A stretch of DNA of 63,965 nucleotides, counting the filler, from Octopus bimaculoides (taxonomy: Eukaryota), in the NCBI RefSeq assembly GCF_001194135.2. It is 5 parts of 5 records of this genome, joined end to end, with 100 filler letters (N's around TTAATTAATTAA, not from the genome) between each part and the next. Parts side by side here need not be neighbours in the genome. Positions count along the whole stretch, not along the records: positions 1 to 28,828 come from NC_068989.1; 4 more parts are not named here. One strand, 5' to 3'. The notes below the pieces were generated by a model that had not been told where the DNA came from, searched no databases, and was given only the letters and a program-made list of their open reading frames with translations. Positions 13,421-26,229 of the stretch are shown piece after piece (position 1 is the first letter of the stretch; every line of letters starts with the position of its first letter). A program made the translations under genes and the position numbers.

Positions 13421-14587
13421 ACAGATGTAAATTCTTTCCAATTAAGTTGAACCCAATATTTTAATGATATTGTTTTAATCAATAAATTTTATTCAAATTT
13501 AAATACAAAGAAACAAGAAAAATGAGAGATAAGTAAGGAAAAGAAAGAAAAGAAAAAAGAGGGGTGGTAAAGCAGAAGAAAATGGAGAGGAAGGGGCTGA
13601 TGGGCTATATATCCCAGTACAACTGGTGTGCTCAGCTGTGCCATGCAGTAATGACTGTGGTGGCATTGCCATGGAGTATGGCCAGTGACACTCACTGCAG
13701 CAGCCACTCCACTTTGTAGGGCTCATTTTTACCAATGGGCTGCTGTTATCCCTATTTTGCGGAGGAAGTCAGTAGCACAGGGTCTGAGAACACCTGATGT
13801 CACAGCGGTAACTGGTCAGGCCCCTGTATTTATGGACTTTTTCTCCTCCATGTTATAGGTGGTGATATCTGGATTTGCAGCTGATGCAGCAAAGTTGGAG
13901 CCAAAGAACATGATGCTGCATGTTACGTCCCGGACTAGAGATCTACCCCCACTTGAATGGGAAGAGAATTATTCCATTGGGGCACTTACCATCCCCATGA
14001 TCAAGACTTGCTGGCTCAGGTTGAGATATGAAGCCAGCCGCATCCAGTCACCTTCTACAAATTCTAGAGGCAGCAGATGCAAAGTCAACTGTACTCAAAA
14101 CCTTGAGGTATCAAGCTAAGACTCACAAAGCACCCAAAACCAATAATAAATCTTCTACATGATTAATCTGCTGTGAGAAATAGCAGCTAACTCTCCCTTA
14201 TATTACACACTACTCTCTTAATATAGGGAAGGGCAGGCAGAATAATGTGCTCCTAGAACAATACTGTCCAACTAAAGTTAGGATGGTTAAGTATAGAATA
14301 CTTTTGATTAGGCATCTGTTCTAAGCAGCAACATTTGCTCTAAGAATCTGCTTCATTGTGCAATGGTTTCCATGATTTATAACAATAACATTGAATCCTC
14401 AAGAGAAAGGAAACAGTGAGTCTTTAGACATTTTATTTTTGGAGTAGAAGTTATAGAATTGAAAATAAGTTTGCACATAGACCTGAATTTAACAAAACAC
14501 TCATTAATTTTAGTTTTTCTGCCAACTCTAGTGAGCCATTTTGTTTTCTGCATACAGTTAGCTAGACTAGGTTTTTGAAGTAAAGTA

Positions 14588-15842
14588 TGAGGGTCAGCTG
14601 AAAAGTTCATTGACCAACCAAGATACTCTCATGAAATGTGACCAAATGAGGTTTATTTTTCAATATAGTACCCCTTGCAGTCCACTCACTTCTTCCATCA
14701 GTATTGCAGTGCTTGGATCTCATTAATGAAGAAGCTTTCATCCTGTTTGTAAAAAAGGTCATCAGAAGCAAATGTGACATCATCATCACTGTGCTACTGG
14801 TTCCGAGCCAAATGTATTTTCATCGTAGGGAACAGGTGATAGTCAGATGGGGCAAAATCAGGAGAGTGATGAATCAGTTCAAAGCCACAATCATGCACAC
14901 AAAGCATTGAAATTAAGGACCTGTATGCTGGAGCGTTATCCTGATAAAACAAGACACTTTTAGTCTCCTTTTATCAGTTTTCCTGAGCGTTTGGTCTTTA
15001 TAGCCTTTCATAACTGCCTCAGCAAGTTGGCACTGTACTCTCCATTGATTGTGTGGCCCTCTTGAAGATAGTCAATAAACACAATGCTTTTGTGTGCCAA
15101 AATATTGTGCCCATCACCTTCCCTGCAGATGAAAGAATCTTGGCATTCTTTGGAGCAGGTCAGGAGGGATGTTTCTACCGCATGGATTGTCTCTTTGTCT
15201 CTAGCTCCAAGTGATGAATCCAACACTGATCTTGGGTTAGGCAACATACATCAGATTTTTCCCGTGGTGTGATCAGCCTGGTGTGCTTTTGATCAGATGT
15301 CAGAAGACTTGGCACCAAGCAGAAACATTCATTATGCCAAATTCATTGTGCAGAATATTCTCAACTCTTTCACTATAAATCAAATAGCCATTGGCTATTT
15401 GATTTATAGTAAGTCACCTGTCATCCATCACCATGTGAACATGATCTATGTTTTCCTCAGTGGTAGCAGTTGCAAGATGTCCAGACCTTGGGTTGTCTTC
15501 AAGATGCTCCCACTCCCTTCCTAAATTCAGCTGCCCACTTTTGCACTGTTGATAAAACTGGAACATCATCCCCTAATGGAGCAACCATGTCAGCATAAAT
15601 GTCTTTGGGAGCCAAACCCTTCTCTACAGGTAATTGATAACATCACAATACCAAATTTTGTCAGTTTTCAAGAGAAGTTGCTACTAGTTACTTTTAAAGT
15701 CTTCTTTGAACAATCAGATGTCAATTTACCTGGAAAGAATTAATACAGTTATTAATAAGAGTTGAAATCAATGCAGGTAAAATTTCACAGCTCTAGCATT
15801 ACTCATTCATAGTCAGCCTATGAACTTTTCAGCCCACCTCCC
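14588..15842 (-). mobile_element. Near full-length degenerate mariner (irritans-like)
   Basis: TA-flanked TIRs tgagggtcagctgaaaagttca / tgaacttttcagcccacctccc, about 1.25 kb. Minus frames include ...IVFIDYLQEGHTINGEYSANLLRQL and a frameshifted ETKRQSMQWKH...AGKVMA region. Confidence 0.85.
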
Positions 15843-17049
15843 TATCTTATCATTGATGGAGTACAATTTGGGTTGATTTTATTACCTTTCAAAACTGTGA
15901 TAATAATGCTAACTAGAAAAGCACTCGGAGAGTGCAGACCTCCGCCAAGCAGCTCATCGCCACCCATATACACGCATGCTGAAAATTGCCCAATTTCTCA
16001 AACCAATGCCAGCAAAAACATAACCTCGACCATCGTCATCATCAACACTGTCTCTGCTTTCACCACAATCACCGTCAAAACTACGATCACCACAATCAGT
16101 TTCTTTACACAGTTGAAAATCCATTATCCGATACTCATGGGACTGAGATTGTTGCAGATTTTTGATTTTTCTAATTTCGGAGTGCTTTATTAAAAAAAAA
16201 ATTGCATCTACAAAACGGAACAGTGTGAGGATAGAAACCAGGTCTAAACACAATAGATTATAGACATACTCTGAATGTAGTTCTATATAAATCTTTAATA
16301 ATTTTTTTTCTACTTAAGACCATCAGAAATGTTAAAATATCAGCCTCTACCCACGTTGTCATGCTTTGATTAAAAGGTTATAGCATAGATTAGATTACTT
16401 AGGTAAGTTGACTCAGGCCATGTCTAATTTAATAGCAACCACCTGGAAGAGATACACAGTCAGCTCTGGGGAACTGTAGCCCATTCAAGCAGAGGGTTAT
16501 TGTTTTCAGAGACATATCTGGGTGTGGGTGGTTTATCTGGTATTTGTTGGGGGTAATCATCTTGGGATCATTTGAATGTCGTGAAGTCACTTTCCTCTCT
16601 TATGTGTGTATGGCACAATGTTGAAGAGAGCAGGGCCAATTGAGGTGAAATAGTTCTGTCATAGTGTTGTGATATGACACAAACATTTCTGTAGTGGATG
16701 GATGGCACGGGGGCCAAGCCTCAGACGAATTTTAAAGATAGGCAATGTTGATAGAATATTTTCCACATCATACAGATGATATAGAGCTCATAGCGGTGGT
16801 GGAAGGAGAAAAGCCTGAGCTGTTTGAGTCGATCCCAATAGTCAAGGCTTGTCATGTCATCCTCTGCAGACCTCTGCCAAGCAGTTCATTTTAAGATAGA
16901 CACACGAGTAAAATTACAAATAGAGAAACGAAAATAAACTTTGAAATCAGCAATGTCATCATAGATTACTTGAAAACGATGTGTTTTCAAGGGAGATAAT
17001 CAAAGAATGTAACAATACTTCATGTAAAGTAGATACAACAAATGAAAAA

Positions 17050-17243
17050 TCCTTCAAGAATCCATAAAAATCCCAGATCACTACCAAAATTTCATCATCT
17101 GTTCCTTGTGTCATTACCAACCTTTTCCTGTAAGTTTCATCAAATACCATTCACAGCTTTTTGAGTTATTTTGCACACAGATGGACAGACGGACAAACCA
17201 ACGCCAATGAAAACATAACCTCTTTTCTTGGCGGAGGTAACAA
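17050..17243 (-). mobile_element. Helentron-associated (HINE/DINE-1-like) non-autonomous element fragment
   Basis: Minus strand ttgttacctccgccaag...gaggttatgttttcattggcgttggtttgtccgtctgtccatctgtgtgcaaaataactcaaaaagc has the HINE layout with a short GTCC/GTCT microsatellite. Recognised from memory only. Confidence 0.45.
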
Positions 17244-19683
17244 TACCTTAATGTGTGTTTTCTCCCAAGGAGGTGAAATAGAGAAATCCAAACTAGAAAC
17301 CAAAATCAAATATAAGGGGTAATTTATTAAAGATATACCTTGTCTTTCACTAGTAATAATTTTTTGTGACACAACACAAAAACAACAAATACATTGTTTC
17401 AAACCCTATAGGTATTGGTTTCATGTTTTTCCTCTTCAATAAGTGTCATCAGTGTTTTGTGGAACAGTTGATTAACTAAACTTGATAAATTGTTCAATAT
17501 GCAGTTCATAAATTATCAACTACAATTTAGACAAAGAAAATCTCTTTGCATTTGCTGCAGTTTTATAGAAATGGAAAAATGATCAATGATAATAAAAATG
17601 ACAATGACAGTAAAATACAAGAACACTTGTATAGTTCATAAGACTAAACAATTGATTGCTGAATGTTACATTGATAAAAAATATATTTAGAAACAAATGT
17701 CTTGAAAAGAAGTTTTATCTTTAAGTTCAGATGAAAAGCTAAGCAACAGCTTTACTTAACATAAATAAAAGTAAAAAGTAATTTTCAAATGTTTTATATT
17801 AAATGGATGAGCAGCATCGAATATTTTGGATACATGGCACTGTGTTTGAAAGTAGGAAAATATATCTGTAATTTAATTCAAATCATTAAACACTAGCAAA
17901 CAAGGAGAATAGGACTATAACATAAATCAAGAAAACAAAAAAAGAAAAACCAATATAGATATATTAGACCTTTAATTACCTCATATATGAACACATGTGA
18001 AGTAAATAAAGAAATTGAAGTGGGGAGACAGGAATTTATAGTTAGTTGCCACTATTCATTTAAAAGAATATCCATAGTTTTGTGAATGTGTCCAAATTAG
18101 CATATGTAAAATAGGTTCAAGTTGAAAATGAAATTCTGAAATATATGCCAATTTTGTGTGTATATATATATGCATCTGTATTTATATATAATTTACTTTT
18201 ATATACCTCTTACAAGTTGGGGAGCATTCATTACAACTGTCATCATTACCTTTATTTGTCATGTCCATCTCTATTAGCACCATTATCATCACAACCACCT
18301 CCATATATCTTGCTATACTTATAATGGTTTGTATTTTCACCACCAATACACTGTCATCTTCACCATTAATACACTGCCATCCTCACCATTGTGACCACAG
18401 CTATCACTGTCTTCCACCTTAATAAGCTCAATGAATTAGATGTATTATCCATCACTTAAATTGGGTTTAGACAGATGCTAACAGGCAACTGACAGACAGC
18501 TCAGTATGCATGTTTTAACTGTCTTTGCCTTGAGGAATGGGTAATACCCATAGCCTTTGTAGACCTTCGTAGACCAGTGAAAGTCATTCCATTAATGTTC
18601 CTCACGATCAAAAGGGAATTCTAGAGGATCAACATTCTGGGAAGGAAGGACTGGACATTGAGATTAGTGCAGGAGACGGAGAAGAAGCTCAACAAATTTT
18701 GTGAAAAGGAGGAGTGATGAGTGGGTCAGAGAAGGAGCCGTTACATTAACAGTGGAAAAGGCAGAGACAGAAAACAAGTGAATCAATGGAACAGAGACAG
18801 GCATGTATCTTGTGAATGACTTTATGCCAATCAGTTGGGTGGCCTTTTCTGGTTGCAGTCTTGGATATCTATGGGGATTGATTGTTCAATCAGATAAGCA
18901 GGACAGTGGCCTTTCATAAGTCTTTGATGTGGTAGATATAGATTGATAGAGAGATAAACAGATGAATTGACAAACTGACAGAAAAATAAATTGTTCAATG
19001 GATCAATAGGTATTTTGTGATATGGAGGAATATTAGGTAGGTAGTTATTCAGGCTGATAGACAGATAGATAGGTTGACTGACAGACTAATGAATAGTTAG
19101 TTTGATACATAGATAACAGATTGTTTGCTAGGTAGTTACATAGATAGGTTGATAGATAGATAGACAGACAAGCAGATTGCTAATCAGACAGATAGTCAGA
19201 TTAATAGTCAGATAGGTAAATGTTTAGACTACTATTGAATTGATTGATAGATCAAGACAAGTAAATAGATTGATTGATGGATAGTTAGATAGATTGTTAG
19301 AGATATCTAGCAGTAGCAAGCACTGCATATATAGATATGTCTATATGTTTATACTAGAAGTATGCTTGCTTGTAGATATGTGCACACTGAATTCATTAAA
19401 TGGAAGAGAAGAATAAAAACTCAATGTCAAACAAGTTGTATGATGGTCTGCATGCTATGTCTGACACCACTGTCATGCAGCTTTGCTACAATTTTCTTGC
19501 TTTTGAAGTGACTTTGAACAAAAAACATATTATATTTTGTTAAACTTGTTGTTTTTATATTTAACTCATGTCAGCTGAACTTGTTATTTGTTATATATAA
19601 CATGTATGGATGGGCCAATTGCTGCAAACATTGCTTATAAATTGGTTTTCATTTCATATTTCTTCTTAATATTCTTTTTGTAG

Positions 19684-19815
19684 ATTTTCTCTTTAAGTTT
19701 AAAAAATGAACTTCGGAGGGAGAATGGTTGTCTTCAAATTCTCCAGACTGGAGATAAGCCTACCCTGCAATTGTGTGATGGTGAGAAAAAAGTTCAAGAA
19801 TGGAAATACTTTAAG
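19684..19815 (+). CDS. GALNT: GALNT exon: ricin lectin beta repeat
   Basis: Acceptor ctttttgtag, donor gtatat, 132 nt phase 0. Translates IFSLSLKNELRRENGCLQILQTGDKPTLQLCDGEKKVQEWKYFK, with a Cys pair and QxW. Confidence 0.93.
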
Positions 19816-19917
19816 GTATATTTAATAATACATTTCTAAGAAATATGACGAAATGTGATATATTGTCTTTTAGTTTATGAAGTAAAACAAAATATTTTTT
19901 CTTTTTGAATTTTACAG

Positions 19918-20049
19918 AATAATGGAACATTGGTTCATGTAACGACTGGAGCATGTCTTCACAGTACAAAACATGGAGAATCTGTTTCTACAAAACAGTG
20001 CTCTGAAACAGATAGCCAAAAGTGGACTTTTGAACATTATCTTACTTGA
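19918..20049 (+). CDS. GALNT: GALNT terminal coding exon: ricin lectin gamma repeat and stop
   Basis: Acceptor ttttacag after a 102-nt intron. Translates NNGTLVHVTTGACLHSTKHGESVSTKQCSETDSQKWTFEHYLT followed by TGA at 20047-20049. Confidence 0.93.
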   Translation, partial: NNGTLVHVTTGACLHSTKHGESVSTKQCSETDSQKWTFEHYLT

Positions 20050-20204
20050 AGTGAGAAACAAAATTATTACAAATTTATTATTTAAGAAGAAAAAAAAAAA
20101 CCTAAGCTAACACAAGATTTTTCTTCTATGGGTTATTCAAAGGAGGAAATGTATAAGTTATTCTCTGGATGGAGATCAAATTGAATGGTATATTCCTAAC
20201 ATTC

Positions 20205-20340
20205 TATGAAGATTATTATTAATACACTAATATTATGAAGATTATTATTAATACACTAATATTATGAAGATTATTATTAATACACTAATATTATGAAGAT
20301 TATTATTAATACACTAATATTATGAAGTATTATTGATAAT
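20205..20340. repeat. 29-bp minisatellite, 4 full copies plus a partial
   Basis: Unit tatgaagattattattaatacactaatat starts at 20205, 20234, 20263 and 20292, with a partial copy at 20321. Confidence 0.95.
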
Positions 20341-20821
20341 ATTAGTTTTTTTTAATTTTCACATTCATTCTTTACATCTTTAATGATAATAATAATAAGA
20401 ACAACAACAACAATAATTATAATGGAACATGTGGTATTGCTTAAATCCTTATTATGGTGAACCTACAGTAAATTATAATCGCTCTCTTTCAGTCATACAT
20501 ACACATTTCGTTTTTGTTTTGAACTGATTTCACAAATAAAACATTTCCATCCTTTTTCATTAAATTAGTGCCTTAATAGCAATGATATATATCTAATTTT
20601 TCAAACAATTCAAGATTGCCTCAGAATTACCATCTTACTGCTTTGCTTTTTCAAAATATATCTTAATTTAAATCATCTTAAATTACTAAAAGTAATTGGG
20701 TTTTCCTTTCTTTTCTAATTGATAGCATTGCCATTGATGATGTAAATAATAGTTTTGTGGTTGAATTTAAGACCAAAGACTTACAAGTAGATTTAGTAGA
20801 TGAAAACTGGAAGAAGTCCAT

Positions 20822-21085
20822 AGTGTGCATGTACAGCAAAGTGCAAATGTATTGAAAGAAAAGTTAGGCATAAGAGGAATTATATGTAGCATGCAAGAGA
20901 GAAGACTGCACTGGTTTGGTCAGATGATGTATGTGAATGAAGATGGTTGCATAAAGAAGTGTCAATGGCTTAAAGTGGATGGAATTCATGAAATTTTGAA
21001 GGCTGATCTCAAGTTGTTGAGCCTTACAGAAAAGGTGACAAGGGACTGAGATGATTGTCATTTTGCTGTGCTCAAGAAGACCTGT
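20822..21085 (+). mobile_element. RTE LINE 3' fragment
   Basis: LKEKLGIRGIICSMQERRLHWFGQMMYVNEDGCIKKC, homologous to 9900-10130. Confidence 0.8.
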
Positions 21086-23092
21086 CCATTACAGCAAAAA
21101 TAATAACCTAAAATCACTCAGTTATGCTTGTTCTACTTTGGTACTAATTGGTTGTTGTACTCACCTGAGAGCAGAAGCAGCACACATTACATCCCATCCC
21201 CTCCCTAAGAGTCTCCTACATTCCTGAGCCCACCATTTCAACCAATCACCCCACCTCCTTTCTGTGCCTTCAGCCACTGTTCTCTCTTCCCTCTGTTATA
21301 CCCCATTCTAAACACCTGTTATCTGCTGTCATTCTCAATGCCTTCTCATATCTACCATCATGATCCACTCACCTACTATATTGCTCCCACACCTAGTACA
21401 TTTCTGTTTCCTTGAACCACTCCTATATCTCCTACCTTATCCCACTCCATACTGGTATTTCCCATCATACTGAAGCAGTTAGCATCCAGGGAATCAAGTG
21501 TATAGACTTCATTACTTTCTTCATGATTGGACTGTGGAGTATAGACATCAGGCGCACATTTTTTTTTTTCTATTTTAGGGTCAAGGCCTTCCCTCTCTGA
21601 AAGACACAAATTTCACACCTTTTCAGTTTTTTCTTTCTTCAGAAGTTCATGTACTACTTATTTTGGTGCACAGTGCCTTACACATCAATATAATGCTGGA
21701 CGAGTATATCAGCTAGTTGAGGACTAGTATAAGAGTGATTAATACTTAGGCAGTAGCTTTGTTGTAGCAAAGGTTTCATGAATGAGAGCATTGGGAGGTC
21801 ACTAAATTCCTCATCAAGCTTTGTTCTTTTTCCTGTGTACAATGACTACTCAAGCATACTCTGATTCAGATTCATGCAACATAAAATATTTCATCCTAGA
21901 TGTACTGTTTCAGAGGAATGTACTAAATACACACAAGACTACTCTTATACAATATATGGCTTTTGTTAATGCTATCTCTTTTTGGAATGTATGAACTCTG
22001 AAAAAAGGACAGAAGACATCATGTATCTTATTTTAGTTTAGGATGAGGGTGAATTTCAGGATCATAAGTTTCATTGTCAGAAAAATGAAGATGCTGCCTC
22101 TATTTTTTGATTCTGATATTATGACACCATTTTTCTTAAAAAAAGTGGTTACTGAAGCATAGGATTCTTTGACCAGTGAAGCATTTTTAGTGTAAGTTAC
22201 ATATATATGTATGACTCTGATAAAGATAGCATTAGTTCTTTAAGGTCGTTCAATTTTTCTCAACCAATCAGTGGACTGATTGAGTAAGCTGATCAATGAA
22301 CAAACCTATAATAACTGTCGGAAACAGCTGTAAGTCGAATTCACTACAATATTGTCTATACTTTGCCTTATATATATAAATCAAAGCCAAAAAACAAACA
22401 ACGGAAACCGCCAAAACACAAGAAGGAGGAAAAGGACAATAACACAACAACAGCAAACAGAACAAAATAAGATACACAGACCATCCACAGCCAACCACCC
22501 CCTCAGTCGGAGTCCCGAATACCCATGTAGCCCTGCCCAACCCTCTCTGACACCACTCGAAACCAGCTGGGCCAAGGGCCTAAGCTGAAGGCACCAAGTC
22601 CCTGAGCAAGGCAAACGAATGTACATATACAAACACAAGGAAATAACAAACAGAAAGAGACAAACGTATCATAAGAAACAGAACTACACACATACAATGG
22701 ACAAAAACCTTTCAGCTATACAACAAATAAAAAATAAATCAAAACAGAGTATAGTAAGCTAGCACAAGGAAAAAGGAAATGGAAAAATCTTGACTGGCCA
22801 GGTGGCGAGACAGAATAGAAAAGATGTGACTGATCTCAAAGGTGGTCAACTGAAAAAGAAGGACAATGCATAAACTGGACAGCAATCATGTGGTAGAGGA
22901 GGGGAGGAGTTGAAGAAGGCAGAGGGACTAAGGAATAGGAGAGAGGGTAAAGAAATCAGAGGGATCAAATAATGAGAGGAGGATCACAGCATGTGAGGGA
23001 AGGAGAGAGAGACAGAAACATGGTACAAGGGAGGTGAGGAAGGAGAGCAAAAGAGACTGAGAGATAAGAGGGAGGGGGAAAAGGGATATATA

Positions 23093-23460
23093 TACTCTTC
23101 TACTTGTTTCAGTCATTTGACTGCGGCTATGCTGGAGCACTGCCTTTAATCGAGCAAATCAACCCCAGGACTTATTCTTTGTAAGCCTAGTACTTATTCT
23201 GTCGTTCTCTTTTGCCGAACCGCTAAGCTACGGGGATGTAAACACACCAGCACCGGTTGTCAAGCGATATTGGGGGGACAAACACAAACACACACATATA
23301 TATATATATATATACATATACACAACGGGCTTCTTTCAGTTTCCGTCTACCAAATCCACTCGCAAGGCTTTGGTCGGCCCGAGGCTATAGTAGAAGACAC
23401 TTGCCCAAGGTGCCATGTGGTTGGTAAGCAAGCTACTTACCACACAGCCACTCTTGCGCC
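23093..23460 (-). mobile_element. tRNA-derived SINE copy with small internal deletion
   Basis: Same family as 7784-8199; the B-box segment is deleted (gtgcca|tgtgg). Confidence 0.85.
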
Positions 23461-23469
23461 TATATATAA

Positions 23470-23700
23470 TCATCATCATCATCGTTTAATGTCCGCCTTC
23501 CACGCTAGTATCATCATCATAATTGCTTAACTTCCATTGTCCATGCTAGCATGGGTTGGACCAAAGCTGGCAAGCTGGGGAACTGCACCAGACTCCGGTC
23601 TGATTTGGTATGGTTTTTCCAGCTGGATGCCCTTCCTAATGCCAACCACACAGGCACTTTTACATGGAACTACACGGGCACTTTATGTGGCACTTCCACA
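23470..23700 (-). mobile_element. RTE 3' UTR/tail fragment
   Basis: (cat)n followed by catgctagcatgggttggac...cagctggatgcccttcctaatgccaacc, shared with 6670-6830. Confidence 0.7.
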
Positions 23701-23703
23701 AGT

Positions 23704-23757
23704 AACCCTAAAACCCTAACCCTGAAACCCTAACCCTAAAACCCTAACGCTAAAACC
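23704..23757. repeat. Telomere-like (CCCTAA/CCCTAAAA) short array
   Basis: aaccctaaaaccctaaccctgaaaccctaaccctaaaaccctaacgctaaaacc. Confidence 0.8.
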
Positions 23758-23976
23758 AGTCCAAATGCATGAACGATGTCATAAATAACAGTGACAAACG
23801 AAATATACACTGCCGATAGTTGTTGACAAACAATGGCAGTAATCTTATTCAGCTGAATACGCGTCATTAATTGGTTGAAATTACCGAAATACGACTACTT
23901 TAACACAAAATAACTTTGAAAATATAAACCTTTCTCAACAACACAAAGTGTAAAGGATGTTTTATATGTCACATTC

Positions 23977-24521
23977 GGATCTATTTCAAAACGGGGGCAC
24001 CAGTTTTCATTTATGTTTTATGTAGTGTTTTTGGTACCGAAAGACTTTCAAACTTCGTATACTTATCTATTTTGTGTTATAGAACACAAAAAAATTTTTG
24101 TATTCGAATTTATTTCATGTAAAAAATTGTCCTATTTCGATAATTTCTACTAATCACTGACGTCTATTCAGTTGAAAACAATTAGCGCTGTAACGGTGTA
24201 TATCGTATTNNNNNNNNNNTTATATAAACAATATATGCGTATAAATTACGATTAAACCGGATGAAATATATCACAGGGAATAACATTTTTATGACCGCCC
24301 AGCAGTAACTCTATTCAGCTGAATAGACGTCGGTGATTGGTTGAAATTACAGAAATACGACAACTTTAACATGGAATAACTTGCGATGTACGTTTTTTTG
24401 TTAAGAAGACTAAGAGTAAAAGATATTTTATATGACACATTCTACCAGTGTCCCAAGTTTCAAAGTGTTTCGTTAGTGTTTCGTTAAGAAAATACTGGTG
24501 CCCCCGTTTTGAAATAGATCC
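23977..24521. mobile_element. Fold-back MITE with 28-bp perfect TIRs and 6-bp TSD
   Basis: TIRs ggatctatttcaaaacgggggcaccagt (23977-24004) and actggtgcccccgttttgaaatagatcc (24494-24521), flanked by ACATTC on both sides. Confidence 0.9.
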
Positions 24522-25711
24522 ACATTCTACCAGTGTCCGAAGTTTGAAAGTGTTTAGTCACAAAGAATTAATTTCTCGATCTGCCGTTCAAAGGGTAAAG
24601 ATCCCAAGAATACACACACACGGACGGTGTTCAGCAGGTGGAACAAGTATTCAATTATTGGCTGAATTTTGACCGATAAATCTGTTTCCTTGCAAAGTTT
24701 CGTGAAATACCAGTAAGAATTGAAACAAAGTCGCTGCAGTGACATTGCAATCAATTCTTTATATATCTGTGCGACTCTGTTTCTAGCCCTCACTCTTTCT
24801 CCTTTTTTTTCTCTCTCTCTCGCCCTCTTACTTCTATTTCTAGACTTTCTCCTTTCTCCTCCCTTCCCTTGTTTTGTCTCTGTTGCTCTTTCTCCATCTC
24901 TCTTTCCTTCTTTCTCCTCTGCCTGCTGCTGACATGTGACTTGTAACCAGCCTTTCTTTCTTTCTCTCCTTTTTTCATTTCTGGTTGCATAGTTGACCTG
25001 TCTTACATTTCTGTGAACAGAAACCTTAAACTCATCCTCCGTGGCAAAAATACCTCACTTCGTATACTCCTCGCTTTTCATTGCATGGGTTCAAGATCAA
25101 AAAGTACAAAAACAAAATCAAGAACAATAACTCCAGTGAGCAAGCTGTATATTCATGCGTGCTCTCCCTTCGAGTAGAAACTATCGAAAATGGCTACCGA
25201 ACACTAGTCAACGTGTGTGTATTGGGATGATCCAGCAAGCTTTGGAAACCACATGATCTCACGTTCGGGCCCATTTCATAATATGTATATTTTCAGTATG
25301 TATTTTTTCGTGCTTTTCCAAAAAAAAAAAATAACATATCAAAATTCGAAATATCTTGGAATAATCTGGAAAAGGGTTGATGAAATGTTGCAGAGACACA
25401 TTTACAGCAATGTAGATTACGATTATGTTGATAAAATTTTAAAAAACTGATGAGGCTTTTATATCATTGTCTTCACCTGGTCTTTGTTTCCTGGTAAGTG
25501 CGGTTTCAAACGGCATAAAATTCACGCGCTCACACACATGCAATAGACTTCCAGACTATTTCTATCTAGCAAATTTGATTCAAAATATTGATCAGCCCAA
25601 GGCTGTTGTAGAACACTTTTGTCCAAAGTGGTATGCAGTTGGTCTGAACCCAGAACAATTAGTTACGATGCGAACTTCTTTACTCAACAGCCATGGTTAC
25701 ATCTATATAAC

Positions 25712-26229
25712 TGTAGTAGCTCCATGCGGGCATGGCCTGGACTCGATCCTCGATCGCCAAATTTCACCTAACAGGTCTATTCTTCTGAGAACTCCGTAAG
25801 CTAAGGTCGTGTCCCCTGGGTAAGAGCCTGAGTGCTTGAATAAGGAAATAGTTGGTGAGAACCGAGTCTGGCTGACCGGCTGAACAAAATGCCGTCTCTA
25901 AAGGAAAAGGCACAAAAAGACAACTATGGTAACTCACCAATTAAGCAGCTGTTTCGTCCCACCACTCTCACTTTCCACTAAATTTCTTTTCTCTGCAACA
26001 TTACCATATTTCTCTATATATACTACTATGAGATCGTGTACACACATACCAGTCGAAATTAACTCTTTTTACCTCCATTTACTAGTTATACATACCAACC
26101 CGTCGTGGTTTTGGATATATACAAAGTACCAGTAAATAAATATCTCTTTACAACTTCAGTCACTGTTCTTCCATCTTGCACATTGGCAACCAATACCTTA
26201 ACAACACTAACCGTTACAAATTGGTGACC
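25712..26229 (+). mobile_element. Probable LTR followed by a tRNA-Trp-type primer binding site
   Basis: tgta(25712)...aataaa...ccgttaca(26218), then aat TGGTGACC (26222-26229). No internal coding region or second LTR seen. Confidence 0.5.
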
